DNA of 54,122 bases, the filler included, from Sphacelaria rigidula (Eukaryota), in assembly GCA_964200075.2 (NCBI GenBank). It is 5 parts of 5 records of this genome, joined end to end, with 100 filler letters (N's around TTAATTAATTAA, not from the genome) between each part and the next. Parts side by side here need not be neighbours in the genome. Positions count along the whole stretch, not along the records: positions 10,846 to 21,590 come from CAXNAA020005986.1; positions 21,691 to 32,434 come from CAXNAA020005987.1; 3 more parts are not named here. One strand, written 5' to 3'. Of this stretch, positions 13,251-25,901 are shown in pieces. The first letter of the stretch is position 1, and every line of letters starts with the position of its first letter. A model generated the notes under the pieces. The model did not search any database. It was given only the letters and a program-made list of their open reading frames with translations, and was not told where the DNA came from. Position numbers and translations under genes: made by a program.

Positions 13251-13582
13251 TGTTAAAAAATGAGGCTGTGGAGCCATCCTCTTCAATGCTTCGTATGGTA
13301 TTGACTTTATGTATATGTAGTGTTGGGATCGCAGGCACCGGTCACGAAGGTTTGGTCTGATGTGGGGGCGTATGATCTGGGATAGCAGCTGTTATACATG
13401 AGGTACTCTTCTTTTTGACCGTGTACCCCGGTGGGTAGTTTGTATTGTCTTGCCCACAAGCGGCACCTTGAACACTATCGTATGTCTACACTCCGAAGCA
13501 GCCTGTCTGCTTGCTTGGCTTAACTGCCATTGCGCCAACTCTAGCGACCACGACAATGGGGTTCCGAGTGAATCCTCCAACA
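13251..13582 (+). repeat. 5' LTR (332 bp)
   Basis: TGTTAAAAAATGAGG...TCCTCCAACA; about 14 substitutions and one 3-bp indel versus the 3' LTR by manual count. Confidence 0.95.
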
Positions 13583-13595
13583 GGTTTATTGAGCC
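13583..13595 (+). promoter_or_regulatory. Putative primer-binding site (degenerate GGTTATGAGCC-like, internal tRNA-iMet type)
   Basis: GGTTTATTGAGCC lies directly after the 5' LTR and does not start with the TGG expected for 3'-CCA priming. Confidence 0.5.
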
Positions 13596-14332
13596 TCGAC
13601 TCGTGTTGGTGCTGACGGAGCGGACTTTGGACCTTGGAAGGAAGGAAGGAAGGAAGGGCAGCAGCAAAAGGACAGATCTCTGCTGGAAAACAGCGTGAGT
13701 TGAGTCAAAGCAAGACGGCACTGTGTGTGTCTGGCACTACAACAGTGAGTTGCGTTACGATTGAGGACGGCACTTACTTTGTGCGCACCTGCCATCATCG
13801 CAGTACGGAGATATCGCTGCGGTACGAAGTGATAATTTTTGAAAAAGCGGGACAACCGCAGGTGAACAGGAGTAGCTCTACAACTGTGACGACACGCATC
13901 TACTCTCGACTGGCGCTACAGCAGGGTACCACAACCTGAACCGAGTAGGGCGTGTGATTTTTCTTTGAGGAGACAACAGCGTGCGCAGCACCACGGCTGA
14001 CCTGCGGAAACAGTAACGGTCAGTAGTCGGATCCTTTTTTCGGAAATAATATTTTTCGCGCCTACTACAGAAGTGCACAACCGTGCGCAGTGTATGTAAC
14101 ATCTTGTACACTGATTTCCCACCTGCACCTGTCAAGCTGCCCGGGTTACGCGGCGTTGTGAGGGGTAGCTGTCGTGTTGGGGGACATATGTGGGTTTGAT
14201 CCTTCTGCATTCTTTTTTTCGCGACTTCCCTCGACAAGTCAAGCGGCGGTGATCGAGGCCGATTGTGTGGTGGTATCGGAACACGTTATACTATACTCGT
14301 TACGTTGGAGCAAAGCGACGAGGAGGATTATC

Positions 14333-17300
14333 ATGGCAGACAATGAGAGTATTCGTGCGGTACTTAAGGTGTGCACAAACTTTGATGGCAGAGACAAGGC
14401 TAGTTTCTGAGAGAACCAAGTCAAACTACGGGTGATCCTCTCCCTCCACCATAATACGGCCGCAGGAATTCTGCAGGGGCGGCAGAGACCCGCACGCAGC
14501 GTAATTGGTGACGAACCGTCCACCCGTGATACGGCAGCCTCACTGGTTTGGAATCGCGCAAAAAATGACCTGTTCAGCATCTTCTTTCTCACTACCGAAA
14601 AATCAGCGAACAATACCGTGAGACGTTTCATGGGGAAAACCCAGGAGGACGGGGTTGGTAATGGCCAAGCAGGGTGGGCAGCGATGCAAGAAAAGTATGA
14701 CGGCAACACAAAAGAGGCACGCAGGGAATTCCATGATAAACTCCACAATACGACGATGCAGTCAGAGGATGATCCGGAAGATTTTTTTTTGTCATGGATG
14801 GCTACCGTGACCGCCTGGAGGAAATGGGGCAGTCCGTGCCTGATGAAGGATATGAGTACATCATCCTTCGAGCCTTACCTGCCGAGTACGATAGGGTCCG
14901 CATTGCTAGCTGTAAGAGGTGCGATTTTAATTTGTCGGACCTCACATACATGGTCAGCGCCATGTATGCTGACTACCGTTCACGACCAGACGCCACCAAC
15001 TCGGTCGCAGGCCGCGGGGTTGCTAAGCAGGCTAGTGGACGGAATGATGGCAGCAAAAGAAATCAAGTAACATGCTACCACTGCGGAAAGCAAGGTCGCG
15101 TTAGGAGAAATTGCCCCGCCCGCAGTGCGATCCGAGCACTGACAGGGGGAGACGGTCAGGACGGGGGGAAAATGGGAACGTAGGCAAGTGGTGCTCTTTC
15201 CACAGCGAAGAAGAATGCCGTTCCTTGCAACAGCGCAACCAGCAGACAGTCAATTTCGCACAATGGTCAGGGTATGCACCAGCCACCGGTACAAGGGAGC
15301 ACCCTCCCGCCATCTCCTTTGATGCCCTAGAAGTGCCCAAAGCGGACCATCCCCAAGGGGACGACATTTTGCCTTTCGCTCCAACGAACAATCCCGTTGC
15401 TTCTTTTTACAGCAGCGGTCTCTTGGGCGCCTTCGAAGGGGCCGACGGAGAGGAGGCCGAGGGTCCGGGGTTCTGGCGCAGAGCTCGCAACCTACTGCGG
15501 GGAATCAGGAAGACACTCTCCCCACTGGTGCGCGCGCACTACGTCTGGTTGATGTTCGGGAACTCATTATACCCCCGAGCCACGTTGAATCTCGACGACA
15601 CCGCTGAAACGTTTGGCGGAATCACCGATGCTGATGATGGGACGGCTCTCGCGGCAGGACTCACTCTTGACAAGGGGGCTGAGGGTAGCAATAACCATGT
15701 CAGTGTCATGGTAGACAGTGGCGGTCGGGACATTACTTCGACGATACCCTTATCCCGGGGCTACGGTATAAACTCCACAACTACCAAGAACTGGCGACCC
15801 CGCGTATGATCACTGGCGACCCAGCATATGATCACCACCTCAAGGGGGCACAAACTGGCAGGGGTTGGTAAAGGACTGCTCCGCGGACACATCCAAGACA
15901 GCGAAGGGGTCAAGCGCCTGGTTCAGATTTCGTGTTTGGTCGTGCCTGGCTTGGGGCGGAACTTGTTCTCCGTCAAACAAGCGACACGAAATGGAGTTGT
16001 GTCTATTTTCGAAACGAACAGCCCAAGACTCGAGACAAACAACTTCACCGTTCCTCTCCAGGAACTGGAGAGCGATCTGTATTTCTTCTCTCTGGAACCA
16101 AGCAGCGGCAACGACGCATCTGGACTGGCTATGGAAGCTGCAGACGCCGCCACGCTGTGGCATGGGAGGATGGGACACTTGAACAGCAATAGTTTGAATC
16201 TTCTCAAAAACGTCGGAAGCAATGGGGTGGATTTCGGTGGAGCCGTTTCGGACTGTGATATTTGTGCTGTTGGGGAAAGTCATCAACTGGCCCACCCGAA
16301 GACAGCCAACGACAAAGTGCAACGCGCTTTTCAACTAGTCATGACAGATTTGATGGGACCTATCATGCCGGAGGCGCTGGGAGGCTTCAAGTATGTCTGC
16401 AAGATCTCCGATGAGTATACCAGATGGACAGAGATTTACCTCCAAAAAACCAAGGGCGGCACTCTTCATGCATTTCAGTCCTACGTACAGTCAATGGTCA
16501 TTCCTGGCGGCGTTCGGGTCGAACGACTAAGGGCAGACAAAAGCGGTGAGTTCGTTGGCAACGAGTTCAAGTCGTACTGCCGACAGACAGGCATATTGCT
16601 AGAGTTTGCAAGCACCAATACACCAAAACAAATCGGTCAGTCAGAACGCGTAGGAAGGACGCTTGCAGCCATGGTCCGGTGCATGCTTTCCGACAGTGGT
16701 TTGCCGACTTTTCTCTGGGGGGAATTGATGTTCACAGCGGCCTATCTTGCAAACAGATCACCGCATTCGGCGCTTAATATGCAGTCGCCTCATAAGATGC
16801 TGAAGGGGATAGAACCGGATTTCAAACACCTTCGAGTCGTCGGAGCCAGGGCTTTCGTACATGTCAAGCGGCATACTTCGAAACTTGCTCTCAAAGCAGT
16901 TGAAGGACGACTAGTTGGGTATAGTAATGACAGTAAGAGCTACCGAGTCTACAAGCCGGCCACGCGACGTGTCATTGAGAGCAGGAACGTCGTCTTCATC
17001 GAGACTCCGACACACATTACCTCGACGGGAGAGCCACAACTTCGGATACACCTATTTTCACTTGGTGGCCAGGACTCCAGCAACAGAGAGGGCCACCATT
17101 ACATCACCGACGACGGCTTCTTCCGTGATCTTCGCGATCACACCTCCGTAGTAGCTCAACCGGCTCACGCCTCCGTTGACCATATCACTGCCAGCGGAAT
17201 CTCTAACGATCCACAGGTGGCCGAGCTTCGGGAGAAAATCAACGCCATCACCAAGCGGGACATGCTGCACGACGATGACACACCTCGTGAAGAGACATCA

Positions 17301-19243
17301 CCAACAGCATCACCGGAGAGCCGTGCGCCGCTGGAACAACCTGCACCCCCTTCTCGGGACGAAGTTAGCCAGTCCACATTATCAGCCGAATCATCACTGC
17401 TCAACCGCTCTCGACACTCTCGCCATCAAGTAACTCCCGCCGTGACGCGCGCAGGCATTGCAGCGTGATTCTTCAGGGAACGCAACACCAACAACGACGG
17501 CGCAGCTTCTGTGCACCTTTCAGCCACTGTGGACGACAAAATGCTCTCCGAGCTACGGCGACTGCAAATATACACCAACGCGCTCCTACCAGGTGTCGTG
17601 CACCAGACGTTTGGAGCGGAATCAGTCGTGGAGTATGCCTACACAACTACCAACCTCTCGAGCTGTCCAGTGGGGGAGAAAACCGAAAGAATCCCAAACA
17701 CATTCAATGAGGCCATGAGTCTACCCGAAAATGGACAAGGGAAGGCGACATCAGATAAGGACATGGATAGCCGAAGAAGGAACAACGTGTATACTCTAGT
17801 GCCGTCAAGCTCCGTCCCAACTGGACACAGGTTAATCGGGTCCCGATGGGTGTACAAGAACAAAGCGGATTTCTTGCACAAGGCCCGCGTCGTCGTGCAG
17901 GGTTGGGGACAAGTCCCTGGCGTCGACTGTGGTAGCCCTTTCGCACCGCTCTGCAGGATCCAAAGCATCCACACGGTATTAGCTGTAGCGGCAAAGTATG
18001 ACTTGGAGTGTTGACAATTGGACTATAACTCCGCTTTTCTAAACGCCGAACTCAAGGAAGAAGTTTACGTCAAAATGGCGCCAGGATACGAGGAGTTTGA
18101 CGCCAATGGAACTCCGACGGTATTGCGGCCCCACAACAGTCTCTATGGCCTCCGTCAAAGTCCAAACTGCTGGAAGGGAACGGTTGACACACACCTGGCG
18201 GAGATTGGATTCAAGAGCCTTAAGTCGGACCCTTGCGTGTACATATACCAAGAGAGGGGAGACGTCTACATTTTGACTTTATACGTCGATGACGTCCTAC
18301 TGCTTGGGAAAATGTCAAAGTACTGGGAAGAATCAAGCATAAACTGATGGGACGTTTCTCGATGACGGACATGGGAGATGTATCATTAGTGCTGGGAATG
18401 AAGGTTGTTTGTGATCGCGTTAGGAAGACAGTCATCATCAGTCAGAAACGTTACACCAAGTCCCTCCTGGGACGATGCGGGATGGCGAATTGCAACCCAG
18501 CATACACGCCTGGTGTGGGACAAGAACTGTCACTGGACCAGCCGAGGGAGGAAGCTTTGAACGAGGAGGACGAGAAGCTTTTCCAGGCCATTGCGGGCAG
18601 TGTGATGTATCTCGCTCACGTGACACGCTACGACATTGGATACGCCGTGAATCAAGTGGCGCGGGCGATGTCCAATCCGCTGAAGGCGCATATGGCAGCT
18701 GCAAAACACTTACTTCGATATTTGGCCGGCACTACAGATCATGTCATAACCTACAACGAGGGCGGTTTCCAATTGACGGCGTTCTCAGATGTGAACTGGG
18801 GTAACAACCCAGACAACGGGAAATCCACATCAGCATATCTTCTCTTTCTCTCGAATGACCCCATCAGTTTCAAGGCAAGACTACAAGGACTCACCGCGCA
18901 ATCGACGATGGAAGCAGAACTCGTGGCCGCTGCACTCACCATGAAGGAAAGCATATTTTTCTCGAACAAGATGCGAGAGATGGGATTTGGCACACGCTTC
19001 GACTCCGTTCCTGTCTACATCGACAACACATCAACTCTCCACGTCGCAGGCAACCGAACTTACAGCTCGAGAGTCAAGCACGTAGCTCTGCGGTACTTCT
19101 TCATTCAGGAATCAGTCAAGGACGGAAGGATCGGCATTCGTTACGTCAAGACCGACGACCAACTCGCAGACACATGGACCAAGTACCTCAGCAAACACAG
19201 GCGCCGCCATCTCGTCAAGCTGATCAGCACATTCAAAATATGA
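14333..19243 (+). pseudogene. Copia gag-pol polyprotein, disrupted
   Basis: Gag with zinc knuckle CYHCGKQGRVRRNC (~15075-15115); protease VMVDSG (~15705); LWHGRMGH..CDIC integrase N-terminus; DDE core (TDLMGP, LRADK, SERVGR); RT (KARVVVQG, YGLRQSP, LYVDD); RNase H (FSDVNW, EAELVA, IDN). Stops at 14408, 17466 and 18015, plus frameshifts including a 22-bp tandem duplication at ~15790-15835. Confidence 0.95.
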
Positions 19244-19377
19244 GTATAGCCTGGTTGTAGATTTGAGTTCTTATTTTGTCCTTGAGTGCCGGAACGGTTG
19301 TACTGACGTGGGTGTTTGAAACTAGTACATATTTGCATTCAGGGGGAGTGTGAAGGGTTAAGAGTTATACTTGCGTC

Positions 19378-19386
19378 GAGGGGGAG
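19378..19386 (+). promoter_or_regulatory. Polypurine tract
   Basis: GAGGGGGAG lies immediately before the 3' LTR; a second AGGGGGAGTGT lies at 19341. Confidence 0.8.
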
Positions 19387-19721
19387 TGTTAGAAAATGAG
19401 GCTGCGGAGCCATCCTCTTCAACGCTTCGTATGGTTTTGACTTTATGTATATATAGTAGTGTTGGGATCGCAGGCACCGGTCACGAAGGTTTGGCCTGAT
19501 GTGGGGGCGTATGATCTGGGATAGCAGCTGTTATACATGAGGTACCCTTCTCTTTGACCGTGTACGTCGGTGGGTAGTTTGTATTGTCTTGCCCACAAGC
19601 GGCACCTTGAACACTATCGTATGTCTACACTCCGAAACAGCCTGTCTGCTTGCTTGCCTTAACTGCCATTGCGCCAACTCTAGCGACCACAACAAAGCGG
19701 TTCCGAGTGAATCCTCCAACA
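19387..19721 (+). repeat. 3' LTR (335 bp)
   Basis: Direct repeat of 13251-13582. Confidence 0.95.
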
Positions 19722-20098
19722 AATAAATCAAACACTCGTCAAAGATGAAGGAAAGGCGGAGCGACAGTACCATCTCCTCATACTCCGAAAGATACTTAGC
19801 TGTTTCCTACTGTTATCTGCAGCTTTGGATTGATCGTGACTTCATATCTACTCCGCCACGCCACGCGTATGTTGCCGTTGGTAAACACCTCCGCTGAATC
19901 ATATCACCAAACCCTCAACCCACGAGGCACCAGCGGTGTGTGGTGTGTGAAGGGGACCTTGTGGAGTGAGGGATGGGGGAAGGGGCGGGGTCGCACATCA
20001 ACTGGGGGTCTGCCGTTCGGGAAATTGCGGCGCCCCCGCGCCCCCCCCCCCCTGGTGCCTCCTGGCGTTTCGAGGATTAGGTATATTGGTNNGGTTAA

Positions 20099-20133
<35 letters not shown>

Positions 20134-21590
20134 CACCAACGGGGGGTCCGCCTGTGGGGAAAACCCCCCCCCCCCCCCCCCCCGCGCGCGTTTCTTGTGA
20201 CGCGGTTTCGAGAAATTGAGCTAGTGTGACGAAAAAAACAAAAATATCGAGCGTATCGATATTCGATATTGGTATTCGATATTGATACATATCACATATA
20301 TAGTTTTTCTTCGCTCCGATACCGATATGGCATATCACTGATATTTATCGATATCGTATCGATTATCGATATCTAATGTGCAACCCTGATACTGAGGCTC
20401 TGAAAATTGTAAAAGAAAAAGTGGATCCTAGAAAATGGGGTTTATCCAAAAAATGAGGTTGAAGTGGCATTTCTCTTTTGCAGGGGGAAGACGCGAAACA
20501 CTTACGACCGAGCGAACCCATCTTCCCCCTCAAATGTCCGCAGCAGTTCAGCAGCTGTGGCTAGGTGCACCTGAGACACTTTCTACGATAGCCCCCCCAA
20601 AACGAGCTGAAAGTGTCACGAAAAATATAGCCATACAACGCCTGATGTTCGGGTTCAGGCTGCATGAAGCGTCTCATATCGGCGGCATTGGCTAGAACGA
20701 ACCGAAGCGTGGGAATTCCCAGCTTCTCGTGGTGCTCGACTTTTCCCATTTTGATTTACGTCAAGATTTTACCTCCCAAAACCATGCACGTTTTTTGGGG
20801 GGGTTATCGTAGAAATTGTCCTAACGAATGTGTTGTACACGCGTGTCGATGACTTTATCACCAGAGAGAGAAGCAACGACAGAGAGGAAGCTCCTCGCCC
20901 GTGTCCTTTGTGTGTCCTCGCTCGGCGATTACCAATCGCTCGAGAGACTGGCATCATCATCGATGTCATTATACCAGCATGTGCCAAATATTCCATGTGC
21001 CAGAACATCGACGTGCGGAGAGATTCTGTCTCTTGCCTTTCGAGCTCACGAACGCGGAGATCGTTTTCTCTCTGCCTCTCCTTTTGGACAGGACGCGCCT
21101 CTGTACGCTGAAAAACATGCCGTTGAAAAACAGGGCAATGTTCCCGTCACCGCTACTACTGTTCTCTGTCACACACATACCAGCAAGGGCGGTGCTGCGG
21201 CAATAATAAGAGATATATCCAATTTGAACATAGGGGGTGTTACTCATCGTTGATTTGCGCCGACCTCCCCAAGCCGGGCGCGCGAGCAGAAGGGCGTGCC
21301 ACACGCCAGTTGAGGGGGGTGTATGAGAGATCAAATATTTGCAGAGACCTTTTCGACATGCGGAGTGAAAAAAGATACCTATGGTGGTGACCTAACTGTT
21401 GCTAGCGTGGCGCATAGGCAATCTGCAGCACACATACGGTGGTCGCGTGGACAGCTCGGCACAGCACGAGTACCTTCCCATAAGTAACAATTATTCCGAT
21501 GTCAGGAGGTCATGGATTATCACAACTCGGGAGGAGAGACGGGAGTACTCTACGATCAACCGCATGTCGTTGCATTCGAGACCCACGCCA

Positions 21591-21690
21591 NNNNNNNNNN
21601 NNNNNNNNNNNNNNNNNNNNNNNNNNNNNNNNNNTTAATTAATTAANNNNNNNNNNNNNNNNNNNNNNNNNNNNNNNNNNNNNNNNNNNN
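21591..21690. other. Artificial scaffold-joining linker
   Basis: N-TTAATTAATTAA-N, 100 bp. Confidence 0.97.
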
Positions 21691-23758
21691 CCATGGCGCC
21701 CTCACGCTCGGCTCTTTTTTCGCCCATTTGCCTTTCACGGGCGCCACAACGACCATGCCCCTTTCTCCCCAGAAATGGTTCCCGAGTCTCTCCCCATCGA
21801 CACAATAACCAGACTCACAACTCATACGAGTACTGTAACGTCGGTCTTTTGTAATGCGGGTGGTTGTGGAACACCTTTGCTCCTCTCATGAATGCGGAAT
21901 ATTTCTCATTGATATGAATATCGAATGGGACGCAATGCAAATCCACGCCAGACCGTAATATGCACATTTGTGCATGTGTTCATCTCAGCTATTTGATTCC
22001 CTACACACGCCTCTTCTAATTCCTCTGAAATCGTGCTGTACGCAATGCGCGCAGCCTGTCCCTTCCGGTCCAACTACGGTTTTAATATATTATTCAAGCC
22101 GGTCGTGAATACACGATGTGACCCAAACATACCCACATTTACGTTAAAAAGAAAATCAAACTAAGCTACCGCTGTCTTCCCCCGTTGCCCCAAGCTTAAA
22201 ATCTTAACCTCCGTGACTGGCCTATTTGTTTGAATCGACCGGTCTGCAATTGCCTCCACTCTAGCCGCGGTTGTTCACGTTCGTGCCCGTTCCACAAGCC
22301 GCAGATACCGCTACGCTCCAATCTTTTACGTACTCTTGCGATCTCGGGGCTGGTGTCAGGGTCAAGCCGAGCTCTTCCGTCACCAGCGGGCGGTTGTCGC
22401 ATCATCGATGGTTGGTTCAAGCAACGGATACAGTACTGGCCGTTACGCAAGTAGAAATAGGGACATAACAGTAATAGCGTTCAGCACTACAGTATAGAGT
22501 AACGTGCGCCCAACGAAAACACTCGCGGGACACACCCATCCTGTCTATCGGGGCCGCGCTAGGCTTTTACTCATTATGCTAGCACGGTTTTTGAAGAACT
22601 CGTTTATCTTGAAAATAATGTGGGGTCGCTATTAAGTAAAGCCGTGCTAGCATAATAAGTAAAAGCTTGGGCCGCGCATAGCAATCACCAACGGCCAGCG
22701 AGAAGTTTGGATGTGTCCGCAGAGTATACTGTAGTGCTGAACGCTATTACTGCTCTATCCCTGTTTCTATGTGCGTGACGGCCAGTACTGTATGTGTTGC
22801 TTCGACCAACCATCGATGTATGATGCGACAACCACGCGTTGGTGACGGAAGAGCCTAGCTTGACCCTGACACCAGCCTCGAGATCGCAACTAGTATAGTT
22901 CACCACTTGGGACGGGAAAGTTATTCCGAACTGATTTTAGTGTGAGCACCGAAATCCGGATTTTTAGTGGGGGCTGTGCTTTTAGCGTGCGCAGAGCGCG
23001 CTTTTGTCTTTATCGGGGCGCCGCTTTGAGGTCTGGCAACACACACGTTACCTAGATCACACTTCGCACCCCCCTTGCCCGAGGGTTCTCGGTATGCCTT
23101 CGTGGGGGTTAGGGTTAGGGTTTACGGTTACGGTTAGTGTTATTCGAAACCATAAATTTCTGGGAAATTTCTCACCCGTCCCAAGTGGTGAACTAACCTC
23201 ATCGCAATAGTACGGTGTTCCACAACCCCCCGCATCACAAAAAACCGACGCGGGGAGACTCGGGAACCATTCCCGGAGAGAAAGGGGCGTGGTCGTTGTG
23301 GCGCCCGTGAACGGCAAGTGAGCGAGAAAAGAGCCGAATGTGTGGGCATCGAGTTGGCGAGTAGACTCCCTTGCGCGCGATGTGTGCATCAGGTACCGTG
23401 TAGAAAGCGATGGCTTAGCACAGGTACGTTCTCGGCCGATCGGTGGCCCAGATGAGGTACATTAGAAAAGAATTCCTGAATAAGGTATACCTGGTGAATT
23501 TTTGGCCTCGAAAGGAGAAGCGGCTTCTGGAAGCGAGACATCCGTTTTCGCGGGGCTACATGTCGCGACTCACAAGTTTTTTTCCCGATTTTTTCGAGGC
23601 CCGGGTGCCAAGGTCCCCCCCCCCCGAGTGATGCGCGTGAAAAATTCGGAGCGAAAACGGTCTAAATGGCGTGTTTTGCTGTTTTGGCATTTATGGCCAT
23701 TTTTCGTACCTTTCTTGGGCAAAAAACGAGAAGGTATACTTTTCCCAGGCCATTGCCC
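21691..23758. mobile_element. Large foldback element centred near 22610; left end cut by the scaffold edge; both arms interrupted by insertions
   Basis: Inverted pairs 21705-21875/23212-23340, 22337-22496/22725-22890 and 22555-22592/22643-22678. The right terminus matches 6705-6920. Confidence 0.8.
22896..23195. mobile_element. MITE with 21-bp perfect TIR (outer TA possibly the TSD) and internal TTAGGG-like tract
   Basis: TAGTTCACCACTTGGGACGGG (22896-22916) / CCCGTCCCAAGTGGTGAACTA (23175-23195). The homologous site at ~6320 lacks the insertion. Confidence 0.85.
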
Positions 23759-23770
23759 AAAGAAATATAT

Positions 23771-25901
23771 CTCACCCTGTTTTGTTCATCTGTTGACACC
23801 TTTTTGTGAAGTGGTGACCGTACCGTTGGCTCAGCAGAAGATACGCCGAGCAGTCACAAGCATAGACATTTTCGGTTAAAATGACACCCCATGAAAAAAG
23901 CCGAACCCAACGACCAAGAGAGTGAAGCCCCCTGCTAGTTGGCCCGAGGACCCGGAAGGTCCAACGATGCATGCAGGACGCTTGTGTGCCGCGGCTCACA
24001 AAGATCCAACGAACATAGTCTTACGCAGAAAAAAAAAAAGAAGAGAAAAATCGGAACAAAATCCAACATCTTTTCGCCCCAATACGCACGCACACACCGC
24101 GCAACCCCTTATTCAGCAAGACGGGGTTGTTGTCTGTAGTCTACATGACATGTGGTCAAAGTTTCAGCACGTAAAAGCACTAATAGCGCTTGCACGGCCG
24201 TGTCTCCTGAAGTGAGCACCTCTACAGACGATACCAAGATAGGTACCGCTTAGAATGAAATCATCCAGAGTGTGCGCAATACGGATCGATGTGTTCGTTT
24301 GCCAAGGCAGGAGCCACCCAGCAGGAAGTTAGCGTATCTGCGTGTCAACATATGCATCCACTGACATCTCACGCAGTCTGGGCCGAGGGGACTGCGTTTT
24401 GCGGGCGTATCAATGGCATTGCCCAAAATCCGTATTTCGCTTCGTGCAACTAGCGCACCACGTAAAACGTGCCGCCGCTCCGGGAATATGCTGTCTGTGT
24501 TGTGGTCTACCTCTGTGCCAAGTTTCAGACTGGTTACAACAGACACGGCGGAGAAATCCACAAGCAAAATAAACCTTGATTTGTACTGAAAATACAGTAC
24601 TAAACCCTGTTAAACCGTCGAAAGATACATGAAGTGTGTATGATTTTTGCATGCGGGAATCTTGGCAACTGACTTGCTATGTTTTTTTTCTGGCGTAAGA
24701 CTGCATGTGTGAACATCTTGCCGACACACGTCACCGACCGGATTCCGGAGTGGAGGAAGAACGTCTGAATCCGATGACGTAGACTGTACACTCGAATTTT
24801 CTCCTCCGATCCTCCGTGTTGCATCTATGTTCATTTTAGACCAGCACTACGAGCTGGACCAGCCTAGAAGCGGATTTGTAGTTTGCAGTCCCATTCTCAC
24901 CTCAATATTTGTAGTTGGACCCTACCATTTGGTATGGACAATGAACAGAGCATGAAGGAAAAAAATGTAGACGCAAATATTTTTTCCTGCTTTTATGAGT
25001 TAATGGCCATAATCACTTTTAAGGTTTCAGTAAAATGGAATTAGCTCATGAGAAGAACAAAATGTTTAGGTCAATACTTGGTTTTTTTCATCATGTCATA
25101 TTCATTGTCCGCACCAGTTGAAGGCCATAATCACTTTTCAGGTTTCAGTTAAATGCCGTCAACTCATGGAGGAAAAATACGTATTTGGGTCTGTAAATAA
25201 TTTTTTGATCATGTCCTATGCATTGTCCATCCCAGTTAAAGGCCATAATCACTTTTCAGGTTTCAGCAAAATGCCTTTCACTCATAAGAGGAAAAAACAA
25301 TATTTGATTTCGCGAATAATTTTTTCATTGTGCCTCATTCATTGTCCATACCAAATGGTAGGGTTCAACTCCAAATATTGAGGTGAGAATGGGACTGCAA
25401 ACTACAAATCCGCTTCTAGGCTGGTCCAGCTCGTAGCGCTGGTCTAAAATGAACATAGATGCAACACCGAGGATCGGAGGAGAAAATTCGATGGTACAGT
25501 CTACGTCATCGGATTCAGACGATCTTCCTCCACTCCGGAATCCGGTCGGTGTCCATCTTTGTTTCCGAGCCGCAAATTGCAGATCCCGCAACGGTCTGAC
25601 GTTGTCACCACGTGACGCCGTTCGGGCGTGTGTGTCGGCAAGATGTTGACACATGTTCGTTGGATCTTTGTGAGCTGCGGCACACAAACGCCCTGTACAC
25701 GTCGTTGGACCTTCCGGATCCTCGGGCCAACTAGCAGGGGGCTTCACTCTCTTGGTCGTGGGGTTCGGCCTTTTTTTTTTATGCGGTGTAATTCGACCGA
25801 AAATGTCTATGGTTGTGACTGCTCGGCGTATCTTCTGCTGAGCCGGCGTTACGGTCACCACTTCACAAAAAAGGGCCAACAGGTGAACAAAGCAGGGTGA
25901 G
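23771..25901. mobile_element. Long foldback element (arms ~500-600 bp) with a central 118-bp tandem repeat
   Basis: 23771-24016 is inverted at 25654-25901 and 24704-24965 is inverted at 25320-25655. GGCCATAATCACTTTT recurs at 25005, 25123 and 25241. Confidence 0.85.
24017..24703. mobile_element. TIR element nested in the left arm of the foldback element
   Basis: AGTCTTACGC-AGAAAAAA / TTTTTTCTGGCGTAAGACTG termini. The opposite arm shows the empty site; 2-3-bp duplication (CA/CAT). Confidence 0.7.

Larger units (their letters stand above)
13251..19721 (+). mobile_element. Full-length decayed Ty1/Copia LTR retrotransposon
   Basis: Two TG...CA LTRs; 5-bp TSD AATAA (13246-13250, 19722-19726); domain order gag-protease-integrase-RT-RNase H. 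Confidence 0.97.
12407..20388. mobile_element. hAT-type non-autonomous DNA transposon (~1.5 kb of its own sequence) hosting the Copia element
   Basis: TIR CAGGGTTGC (12407) / GCAACCCTG (20388). 8-bp TSD ATAATGAG (12399-12406) vs ATACTGAG (20389-20396). TCGATA-rich subterminal repeats at both ends. Confidence 0.85.

Noticed and set aside
13392..13721. Duplicated small ORFs at 13392-13721 and 19531-19773
   Set aside because: They are antisense readings of the two Copia LTRs.
19830..20338. Gly/Pro-rich ORFs
   Set aside because: They arise from poly-G/poly-C runs around an N gap with a locally duplicated segment, probably low-quality assembly inside the hAT element.
10846..20470. Inverted match between 10846-10900 and 20423-20480 as TIRs of one large element
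   Set aside because: The ends face outward (a right end, then a left end), so they are separate copies of one repeat family.
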